Origin: Geobacter sulfurreducens PCA
GTDB lineage: Bacteria > Desulfobacterota > Desulfuromonadia > Geobacterales > Geobacteraceae
Reading direction: 5' to 3'
Length of the DNA: 32,000 bases
Assembly: GCF_000007985.2 (NCBI RefSeq)
Contig: NC_002939.5
Location: 2,430,001 to 2,462,000 of the forward strand
The position numbers were made by a program, and so were the translations under genes. Positions 9,005 to 16,655 of this stretch are shown piece by piece (position 1 is the first letter of the stretch; each line of letters starts with the position of its first letter). The notes below the pieces were generated by a model. The model worked only from the letters and a program-made list of their open reading frames with translations. It searched no databases and was not told where the DNA came from.

Positions 9005-10686
9005 GTTCCCCCCTGGACACTTTCGAGAAGCTTGCGCTCCAGAAGCGCCTTTTCCATGGCCACACCGGCCTGGGAGAGAAAAATCTCCAGGGCTTCGGTG
9101 CCGCCGATCGGCTTTTTGTCGGGCAGATTGTCGCCGTAGAGGATGGCGACGACCCGCCCCTCGCTCACAATGGGGCCGACAAAAACCTCGTCGGGGATCT
9201 CCGGCCCCAGGTGCTCGAACAGGTATCGGTTCCAGGCGGCCGGCTCAGGCCTCACCACGGCTGGATGCTTGGCTTCAATGATCGCGCTGAAGAGGGATTC
9301 TCCGTTACGCGGAATTCGCAGTCTTCTCACTCGCGCGTCGGCGACTCCCCCGGTCTCCTCGATGCCGAACTGGCCAAGCCCGACGATCTCGTCGCGCCTC
9401 ACCATGAAAATGATCGCCCGATTCATGAACTCGGCGGCAAAACGGAGGACCATCAAGGTAACGCCTCCGCCGAGGGCGGGATTGGACAGCTCTTCGAGCA
9501 TCCCCCGCAGCAGCGCTATGCCGGTGCTCGGTTCCACGGACTCGACCTCGCCGTTCAGGTCGTCGCCGAGTTCCAGGCGCAACTCATGCCCCAGATTCAC
9601 CATGTCGCCCGTGGCAACGGCGAGTTCGCCGGCCCGGAGTCTCCAAAGCACATCCAGCAGATCACGGCAGAAACGGTCGGCTTCCCGGGAGTCACCCATC
9701 TGGGCTCTCCGCGGCTTGATGAGGTGGGGATACCCCAGCGCCCCGACCCGGCGTTCGGCGTCACTGTTATGGTAGTCGGACATGACCAGGAGCCGGAGGT
9801 CGGGAAAATTGTTCCGCACGAGCTCCACGAGTTCGAGACCGCCCAGAATACCCGTGCCGTCCATGCGCGGCATGATGAGATCCGCAAGAACCACCGGCCG
9901 CTTTCCCTTGCGATAGAGGGAATCGATCCGGATCAGCGCATCCTCGCTTCGCTCCTGCTGATAAACCCGGTAGCCTCCCTGCTCCAGCGCCGCAGCAAGC
10001 GTCTCCCGGGTCAGATCATCGTCGTCGACAAGGACAAGCGACACCGGCTCTTCGGCCTTTGCCGCCGCGTCCGGCTGCAAGCGGGTCTGGCCGGAAGCAG
10101 GGGGTTCCTCCATGCCGGACAGGTGCGGGACCGCTGCCTGAGGCGCAACAGCGGGAGGGAGGTTTCCGCGATGCCGCTGCTCGTCGATGAGCCGCGCGCC
10201 TTCCATGGCCAGGAACTGAGGATTCAGCCCCTGGTCGAGCATGAACTGCATCGGGTCCATCCGGATGTTGTCGACCGCTTCCACGTTCTCCTGAAGCTCG
10301 AAGTCGAAGGTTCCCTCGACCCAGGCGAACAGCGAGTAGACAACTTTTTCGAACTGCTCCCGGACCACCTCGTCGATGGCTGCCGCCGCGACCCCGTACT
10401 GGCGGATCAGGATCGAGCCGAGCCGCTCCTGGAATCCTTCCCGTTCCTGAAGGGCAAGGGCGCCGCGGAGGGTCGCCAGGTCGATGAGCCCCTTGCGGAT
10501 CAGCAGCTCGCCGAGGCTTTCCTGGAAACTGCTCGACGACGCCCGGATCACTTTGCCCTGGCGGAAAGCGATCTCGCCCAGTCGTCCCCTGCTGTTGACC
10601 CGCAAGACACCCGATTTACGGGAAAGGCTCACAATCTGGAGAATTTCCCCCAGGCCCAGATCTTCCAGGTTGCCGACGAGACTCAT
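9001..10686 (-). CDS. DUF4388 - receiver - GAF-like three-domain response regulator
   Basis: 561 aa. N-terminal DUF4388-type motif (GNLEDLGLGEILQIVSLSRKSGVLRV). Central canonical receiver (LVLVDDDDLTRE, VVLADLIMPRMDG, LLVMSD, HLIKP). The C-terminal ~170 aa look GAF-like (RAIIFMVRRDEIVGLGQFG...GRVVAILYGDN). First gene of the che operon, with AGGA upstream of the ATG. Confidence 0.8.
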   Translation of the reverse strand: MSLVGNLEDLGLGEILQIVSLSRKSGVLRVNSRGRLGEIAFRQGKVIRASSSSFQESLGELLIRKGLIDLATLRGALALQEREGFQERLGSILIRQYGVAAAAIDEVVREQFEKVVYSLFAWVEGTFDFELQENVEAVDNIRMDPMQFMLDQGLNPQFLAMEGARLIDEQRHRGNLPPAVAPQAAVPHLSGMEEPPASGQTRLQPDAAAKAEEPVSLVLVDDDDLTRETLAAALEQGGYRVYQQERSEDALIRIDSLYRKGKRPVVLADLIMPRMDGTGILGGLELVELVRNNFPDLRLLVMSDYHNSDAERRVGALGYPHLIKPRRAQMGDSREADRFCRDLLDVLWRLRAGELAVATGDMVNLGHELRLELGDDLNGEVESVEPSTGIALLRGMLEELSNPALGGGVTLMVLRFAAEFMNRAIIFMVRRDEIVGLGQFGIEETGGVADARVRRLRIPRNGESLFSAIIEAKHPAVVRPEPAAWNRYLFEHLGPEIPDEVFVGPIVSEGRVVAILYGDNLPDKKPIGGTEALEIFLSQAGVAMEKALLERKLLESVQGGT

Positions 10687-10734
10687 ACCCGAATCCTGTC
10701 AACAAGCCGCGGATTGGTGCTGGAAGCGGCGCCC

Positions 10735-10763
10735 ATCATAAACCATCGACCCATGCAAGTAAA
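10735..10763 (-). promoter_or_regulatory. Candidate sigma70-type promoter of the che-like operon
   Basis: Minus strand reads TTTACT-N17-TATGAT (-35 at 10758-10763, -10 at 10735-10740), in the 134-nt der/che spacer about 50 nt upstream of ATG 10686. Motif match only. Confidence 0.3.
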
Positions 10764-10820
10764 GTGGTTACGGCTCCCCGCGAGAGGCCGTCCAGCCGCC
10801 GTTTACGCTCGTTCGGAGGG

Positions 10821-12137
10821 CTAGCGCTCCCGTCCCCTGAACAGGAGACGCAAAGGCGTTCCGGTAAAATCGAACGCCTCGCGGAATTTATTGACAAGGT
10901 ACCGTTCATAGGAAAAGTGCATCCCATCCGGCCGATTGGTGAAAATGACAAAGGTGGGGGGCCTGGTCCCCACTTGGGTGGCGAAGTAGAACTTGACCCG
11001 CCGCCCCATGACGAGCGGATGGTGATGACTCTCCACCGCTGCCGAAAAGATCCGGTTGAGCTCCGAGGTGGTGACCCGTTTCACGTACTGGGCCATGACC
11101 TTTTCCACCTCTTCCATGATCCGGTTGAGCCGCTGGCCTGTTTTAGCCGACACAAATACTATCGGCACAAAGGCGAGATACTTGAATTCAGTCCTGATCT
11201 TATCCACGAAGCGCCCCACGGAGCTGTTGTCCTTCTCAATGGCGTCCCACTTGTTGACCACGAAGATACAGGCCTTGCCCGCCTCGAAGGCATAGCCGGC
11301 AATCCGTTCGTCCTGCTCGGTCACCCCCTCCTCGGCATTGAGCACGATGAGGACCACGTCGGCCCGCTCGATGCTGCGCAGGGAGTCCACCACGCTGTAT
11401 TTTTCGATCTTCTGGGTGGTCTTCCCCTTGCGCCGGATGCCCGCGGTATCGATGAGGAGGTAGCGCTTCTTGTTGCAGGTGAACCAAGTGTCCACGGAAT
11501 CCCGGGTGGTGCCGGGAGTCGGATTGGCCACCACCCGCTCGTATCCCAGCAGCCGGTTGACCAGGGAGGACTTGCCCACATTGGGGCGGCCCACAACGGC
11601 AATCTTGGTCGCATTGCGCTCCTCGGGGCTGGTGGTCCGCTGGGGCAGGGCCGCCACCACCTCGTCCATCAGGTCGCGCACGCCGCGGTTGTGCTCCGCT
11701 GAAATGGTAAGCAGATTGTCGACTCCCAGGGAGTAGAACTCGGATGCCGCCACCTCAAGGGTTTCGCCATCCACCTTGTTGACCACGAAGAAGACCGGCT
11801 TGTCCACCCGCCGGAGCATCTCCACCACCTCCACATCGGCGGGGTTGAGCCCGGCACGGCCGTCCATAAGGAAGAGGATCACGTCAGCCTCTTCCATGGC
11901 GAGCCGGGACTGCTCACGCATCTGCTGGAGGAGCCGGTCGGAACTCTCTGGCTCGAACCCGCCGGTGTCGATCAGGATGAAGGGGACGTCGAAACGGGTG
12001 ACCGTTTCGTAATTGCGGTCCCGGGTTACGCCGGGCATATCGTCAACTATCGCCTTGCGGCGCCCCACGAGACGGTTGAAAAGGGTCGACTTGCCCACAT
12101 TGGGGCGACCTACTATGGCAACGATCGGCAGTATCAT
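10821..12137 (-). CDS. der: Ribosome-biogenesis GTPase Der (EngA), double G-domain
   Basis: 438 aa. Two P-loops ([14 protein letters not shown] and [14 protein letters not shown]), two DTAG/DTGG motifs and a KH-like C-terminus. ATGA overlap with the era stop (12134-12137). Confidence 0.96.
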
Positions 12138-13033
12138 CGGTATCCGAGCTCCTTGAGTATATTCGGGTTTTCGCTCCAGTCCCTGCGGACCCGCACGAAG
12201 AGTTCCAGAAACACCTTCGTGTCGAGCAACCGCTCGATCTCCAGCCGGGCCTCGCTGCCGATCTGCTTGAGCATGGCCCCCTTGCGGCCGATAATGATCC
12301 CCTTCTGGGAATCGCGCTCCACCGTGATGGTGGCGGAAATGGAGACGAGGCCGCCGTCCTCCCGCTCCCGAAAGCTGTCCACCTCCACGGCGGTGGAGTA
12401 GGGAATCTCGTCCCGGGTGAGGCGAAAGACCTTTTCCCGCACGATCTCGGCCACAATGAACCGCTCGGGCAAATCCGTAAGGATGTCGTCCGGGAAGTAG
12501 ACCGGCCCCTCGGGCAGGGTATCGCGCACCACCTCTACCAGCCGCTCCACATTCTCACCGGTTTCCGCGGAAACCGGCACCACTTCGCGGAAGGGAAACA
12601 GTTCGGCATAGGCGGTGAGCCGCTCGGCCAGGATGTCCGGATCGATGAGGTCGATCTTGTTGACAACAAGGAAAACGGGCACATTCACACTGGGCAGAAG
12701 TCCCGCGATCTCCCGCTCCTGGTCGCCCGGAGCCCGGTTGGCCTCCACCAGCAGCATGACCAGATCTACCTCGCGGATGGAGGAAAGGGCCTCCTCCACC
12801 ATGAATTTGTTGAGCCGCGAACGGGCGTGGTGGATTCCCGGCGTGTCGATGAACACGATCTGGGCGCCGGGCAGATTGTGGATTCCCTGGATGCGGTTGC
12901 GGGTCGTCTGGGGTTTGTCCGAGGTGATGACGATCTTTTCCCCGAGGATCCGGTTGAGAAGCGTCGACTTCCCCACGTTGGGGCGGCCGATGATCGAGAC
13001 AAAGCCCGAGCGGAATGGCGTTTTCGACAACAT
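12134..13033 (-). CDS. era: GTPase Era
   Basis: The track ORF (438 aa) is over-extended. The Era sequence begins at ATG 13031-13033 ([27 protein letters not shown]), giving 299 aa. The upstream 139 aa are Arg/Gly/Pro junk that overlaps the radical SAM gene in another frame. The C-terminal KH domain is present. Confidence 0.95.
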
Positions 13034-13071
13034 AGTACTCCTTGTGAGTGTGGCCGCTGCAAGGGCGGCGT

Positions 13072-14100
13072 TCAGTCTGTCAGACTGCCGGCAACGGTGC
13101 CGCCGGCGTGAGTCAGGGTAAGGGTATCGGGTGCCGCGGTGGGACAGCCGGCAACACCGGTGACGACGATCCCCCGCCGTTCCAGCAGGCGGGACAGGTT
13201 GACGCGCCGCTGTCCCACCACATCGGAAATCCGCGCGGGGGCACAGGCCACCGACACCACGGTTCCCGCGGCAAGGCCGGTGGTAAGCCGCTCCAGCAGC
13301 CGGTACCAGAGCTCGCCCTCCACGAGCTGACGCAGGGCCGGGTGCCAGGGACCCGCCAGCACCGAACGTTCCAGGATATCCGTCGGCTGAAGGCCCAGCC
13401 GGATGACCGGGACCCCGGCCCGCTTGCAGGCCAGCAGCATGTCGGCACAAAGAGGTACGGCATCGGCAAGGGTCAAGGGGGTGTAGCTCCCTTCGGCCCA
13501 GAATTCGGCAAGCCTGGTCCCCGCCACTACCAGGGTCGGGTAGATGCGGAGGGAGACGGGTTTCAGATCGAGGATCCGGGTGAGGGAATCCAGTGAGCGC
13601 TCCCGGCTGTCGCCGGGCAGTCCGGGCATCAGTTGCGCCCCCACGGCGATCCCCTCGCTCCGCAGGACATCGAATGCCCGCACCGTGTCAGCGGCCGAGT
13701 GCCCTCTGCCGGACACATCCAGGACTTGGTCGTCCATGGATTGAACGCCCAGTTCCACGCTGGCTACCCCCATGGACTTCAAAAAGCCGGCTGTTTCGGC
13801 ATCGAGGGCGTCGGGCCGGGTGGAGAGCCGCACGCTCCTGACGGAACCATCGTGCCGAAGAGGCTGCAGCGCCGCCAGGAGTCTCTCCTGCTCGTTGCGG
13901 GGAAGGCTCGTAAATGTCCCGCCGTAAAAAGCCGCCTCAACGGGCCGTCCCCTGCCGAAGGTCTTCACGGCGGAATGGATCTCTGCGGCGGACGGAAGCC
14001 GGCCGGCCCGGCCCGCAATGCGTTCCTGGTCGCAGAAGACGCAGCGGTGGGGGCATCCCTGATGGGAAATAAAAAACGGGACGATAACGGGCCGCGTCAT
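13072..14100 (-). CDS. Radical SAM protein (Elp3-like core, no obvious acetyltransferase domain)
   Basis: CX3CX2C cluster motif in [22 protein letters not shown]-barrel-like core ([22 protein letters not shown]). The C-terminal ~100 aa are unassigned. The preferred start, ATG 14098-14100 (MTRPVIV...), overlaps the rnc stop as ATGA. The track start at 14142 would lie inside rnc. Confidence 0.85.
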   Translation of the reverse strand: MTRPVIVPFFISHQGCPHRCVFCDQERIAGRAGRLPSAAEIHSAVKTFGRGRPVEAAFYGGTFTSLPRNEQERLLAALQPLRHDGSVRSVRLSTRPDALDAETAGFLKSMGVASVELGVQSMDDQVLDVSGRGHSAADTVRAFDVLRSEGIAVGAQLMPGLPGDSRERSLDSLTRILDLKPVSLRIYPTLVVAGTRLAEFWAEGSYTPLTLADAVPLCADMLLACKRAGVPVIRLGLQPTDILERSVLAGPWHPALRQLVEGELWYRLLERLTTGLAAGTVVSVACAPARISDVVGQRRVNLSRLLERRGIVVTGVAGCPTAAPDTLTLTHAGGTVAGSLTD

Positions 14101-14843
14101 GGGGCAGCGCTGCACCGCCCCGTTTCGAGGCGTTCCAGGCATTGCCGCGCCGCAGCCTGCTCCGCCTCCTTCTTACTCCTGCCCGTCCCCTGGCCGAGGA
14201 GGCGCTCACCCACGTACGCTGCCACGGTGAAACGCAGGTCATGGGCGGGACCACTGGTATCGACCAGGACATATCGAGGCAATCCACCATACTGGGCTTG
14301 GGCCAGCTCCTGGAAATCAGTCTTGAAATCCCGCCCCTTTATCCCGGCAGCAACACCGGCCAGGCGCGGGCCGAACCACGCGTCCACGAGACGCTCCACC
14401 GGAGCCATACCTCCGTCGAGATACATGGCCGCAAGAAGGGCTTCCAGGGCATTGGCGAGCAGCGATCTGCGGTGGCGGCCTCCGGAGCGCTCCTCGCCGC
14501 GCCCGAGTCGCAGGTAGCTGCCGAGCTCAACGGCCGCGGCCAGGTCGGCCAGCGTCTCTTCGCCCACCAAAGCCGATTTCATCCGTGCCAACGCTCCCTC
14601 ACGGCTTTCGGGGTAGTGCCGCAGGAGCATCTTGCCGATGCAGAAACCAAGGATGGCATCGCCGAAAAATTCGAGCCGCTCATTATCGGGAACCGTCGGG
14701 GATCGGACCTCGTTCAGCCAGGAACGGTGAGTCAGGGCCTCGTCCAGAAAACGGCGGTCGGTGAAGCGATAGCCGATCGAGGTCTCCAGCCCCTCCGTCG
14801 ATGCCGCGCCGCCGGCGACTGGTTGTTCATCCGTTTCACGCAT
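14097..14843 (-). CDS. rnc: Ribonuclease III
   Basis: 248 aa. RNase III signature (LDEALTHRSW...NERLEFFGDAILG) and a C-terminal dsRBD (GPAHDLRFTV...GTGRSKKEAEQAAA). Confidence 0.95.
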   Translation of the reverse strand: MRETDEQPVAGGAASTEGLETSIGYRFTDRRFLDEALTHRSWLNEVRSPTVPDNERLEFFGDAILGFCIGKMLLRHYPESREGALARMKSALVGEETLADLAAAVELGSYLRLGRGEERSGGRHRRSLLANALEALLAAMYLDGGMAPVERLVDAWFGPRLAGVAAGIKGRDFKTDFQELAQAQYGGLPRYVLVDTSGPAHDLRFTVAAYVGERLLGQGTGRSKKEAEQAAARQCLERLETGRCSAAP

Positions 14844-14851
14844 AGCGGAGA

Positions 14852-14881
14852 AGTATAACCCGATTCCATCGTCTTTATCAA
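14852..14881 (-). promoter_or_regulatory. Candidate sigma70 promoter of rnc; the geometry implies a leaderless or near-leaderless mRNA
   Basis: Minus strand reads TTGATA (14876-14881) - N18 - TATACT (14852-14857). Only 8 nt (TCTCCGCT, no Shine-Dalgarno sequence) separate the -10 from the rnc ATG at 14843. Confidence 0.4.
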
Positions 14882-14911
14882 TAGATATGCGGACCGACGG
14901 CCATTTTGCGC

Positions 14912-14940
14912 TTGATAATGCATGACCTCTCGCCTATAAT
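14912..14940 (+). promoter_or_regulatory. Near-consensus sigma70 promoter of the tmk-holB-PSP1-metG operon
   Basis: TTGATA (14912-14917) - N17 - TATAAT (14935-14940), about 38 nt upstream of the tmk ATG at 14978. Confidence 0.55.
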
Positions 14941-14977
14941 TCAGCCTTTACGAATCGAGAGGGTACATCCGGGCCGT

Positions 14978-15619
14978 ATGGGCTATTTCATTACATTCGA
15001 AGGCATCGAGGGGTGCGGCAAAACGACCCAGATCAAGCGGGCGGCGCAGTCCCTCAGGGAGGCGGGCCACCGGGTGGTCGTTACGCGCGAACCGGGCGGT
15101 TGCCCCATTGCCGACGACATCCGGGCTATCCTGCTGGACGCCGGCAACAGCGCCATGGTACCCACGACGGAGCTCCTCCTCTACGCGGCGGCGCGTGCCC
15201 AGCACGTGGCCGAGGTCATCGCGCCCGCCCTGGCGGAGGGTGCCGTAGTCCTCTGCGATCGCTTTACCGATTCCACTCTCGTCTACCAGGGCTTCGGCCG
15301 CAACCTGGACCGGGATCTCATTGCCCGGCTCAACACGCTGGCTGCGGGACAGATCCGGCCGGACCTCACAATCCTCCTCGACTGCCCCGTGGCGGTGGGG
15401 CTTGCCCGGGCCGCGGCGCGGATCAACTCCCGGCAGACAAACCGGGAGGAACGTTTCGAGCGGGAATCGCTCCTCTTTCACGAGCGGGTGCGGGAGGGAT
15501 TCCTCTCCCTGGCCGGCGGGGAACCCCACCGGTTCGCCGTGATCGACGGAAATGATGGAGTAGAAGCGACGGCGACGGCCGTGGCGGATGTACTCCTGAA
15601 CCGCGTGCCCCGGAGGTAG
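14978..15619 (+). CDS. tmk: Thymidylate kinase
   Basis: The canonical N-terminus MGYFITFEGIEGCGKTTQ begins at ATG 14978. The track start at 14906 is TTG and lies upstream of the predicted promoter. DRF and LID-region motifs are present. 213 aa. Confidence 0.93.
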   Translation: MGYFITFEGIEGCGKTTQIKRAAQSLREAGHRVVVTREPGGCPIADDIRAILLDAGNSAMVPTTELLLYAAARAQHVAEVIAPALAEGAVVLCDRFTDSTLVYQGFGRNLDRDLIARLNTLAAGQIRPDLTILLDCPVAVGLARAAARINSRQTNREERFERESLLFHERVREGFLSLAGGEPHRFAVIDGNDGVEATATAVADVLLNRVPRR

Positions 15620-15623
15620 GACG

Positions 15624-16595
15624 ATGCCTTTTTCCCGGGTCCTCGGCCAGGAAACCGCCGTGAATGTCCTGCAACGCGCGCTCCGTTCGGGCAAAACGGC
15701 CCACGCCTACCTTTTCGAGGGGATCGAGGGGTGCGGCAAGATGACCACCGCCCTCGCCTTCATCGAGGCAGCCTTCTGCCGGCGGGATGACGGCTGCGGT
15801 TCATGCCCCTCCTGCCGGAAAATGGCCGGACTCCAGCATCCGGACCTGCACCGACTGGCTCCCGAGGGTGCATTCATCAAGATCGACCAGGTAAGGGAAC
15901 TGCAGCGGGAGCTTTCCCTGCGTCCGGTTGAGGCACCGATGAAGGCATGCATCATCGATGATGCCGACCGGCTCAACCCGGCAGCGGCCAACGCGCTGCT
16001 CAAGACGCTGGAAGAACCGCCGGGCAATGCACTTCTGATCCTGCTCACCACGAATCCGGCGGGAATTCTCCCCACGGTCCGTTCCCGCTGTCAGCTCCTG
16101 AGGTTTTCGCCGCTCCCCGAGCGGGTGATCGAAGAATACCTGACGGACGCCGGCCGGGAACCGGCCGCAGCCCGCCTGGCCGCATCCCTGGCCGGCGGCA
16201 GCCTTTCCCGGGCGCTGGAGATGGAGGAAGGGAGCGCCGGGACAGCCCGGCAGGGACTGATCGAACGGCTTCGGACCCTCACCCTGGAAGAGATCACCCC
16301 CCTCTTCGCGGCCGCCGAGGAACTGGCCGCGGACCGGGAACGCGCCGTGGAGGCCCTTGGCACCCTCACCTCCCTGTTGCGTGATGTTCTCCTCATCCAG
16401 GGGGGGAGTAACGAGGTGGTCAACCGGGATCTCGTCGACCTTCTCGAAGAAGAAGCGTGCCGGATGTCGCCGGAGCGGACCCTCACCCGCCTCGGCCACG
16501 TCATGGAGGCGCGCCAGGCGCTCCAGCGCAATGCAAATCCCCGGCTCACCATGGACGTGCTCCTCATGCGCCTGGCGGACCGGACGACACCGTAA
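15624..16595 (+). CDS. holB: DNA polymerase III subunit delta'
   Basis: 323 aa: HAYLFEGIEGCGK, a zinc module CGSCPSCRK, IIDDADRLN, and SRCQLLRF (sensor). GGAGG lies upstream of the ATG. Confidence 0.9.
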   Translation: MPFSRVLGQETAVNVLQRALRSGKTAHAYLFEGIEGCGKMTTALAFIEAAFCRRDDGCGSCPSCRKMAGLQHPDLHRLAPEGAFIKIDQVRELQRELSLRPVEAPMKACIIDDADRLNPAAANALLKTLEEPPGNALLILLTTNPAGILPTVRSRCQLLRFSPLPERVIEEYLTDAGREPAAARLAASLAGGSLSRALEMEEGSAGTARQGLIERLRTLTLEEITPLFAAAEELAADRERAVEALGTLTSLLRDVLLIQGGSNEVVNRDLVDLLEEEACRMSPERTLTRLGHVMEARQALQRNANPRLTMDVLLMRLADRTTP

Positions 16596-16655
16596 CGCGC
16601 TTCGTTACACAACGGGCATTCAAACAAACAACGGGGAGCTCCCCGGGAGGATAGT

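Noticed and set aside
10779-10795. Sigma54-like GG-N10-GC spacing (minus strand cTGGACGGCCTCTCGCg) upstream of the che operon
   Set aside because: Only the GG/GC dinucleotides and their spacing fit. The flanking bases match TGGCAC-N5-TTGC poorly. No enhancer-binding protein is encoded nearby, so it is not strong enough to call.
9211-10824. 537-aa plus-strand ORF
   Set aside because: Antisense to the DUF4388-REC-GAF gene. The real gene is supported by receiver motifs and by operon coupling.
13034-13450. N-terminal 139-aa extension of the era ORF; similar over-extended track starts for rpoZ (23163), wecB (29150), fnlC (31140), yicC (24682), the radical SAM gene (14142) and tmk (14906)
   Set aside because: The extensions are Arg/Gly/Pro-rich or non-conserved. 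They overlap the upstream gene or a promoter. Canonical family N-termini with Shine-Dalgarno sequences or stop/start coupling occur at the internal starts I used.
10764-14858. Plus-strand ORFs of 312 aa (10764-11702), 294 aa (13633-14517), 238 aa (14142-14858) and 182 aa (13048-13596)
   Set aside because: Antisense to der, the radical SAM gene and rnc. The minus-strand genes carry P-loop, CX3CX2C and RNase III signatures.
16592-16612. Hairpin GTAACG-CGCTT-CGTTAC at the holB stop
   Set aside because: It has a 6-bp stem without a U-run and sits inside an operon with downstream translationally linked genes. I did not call it a terminator.
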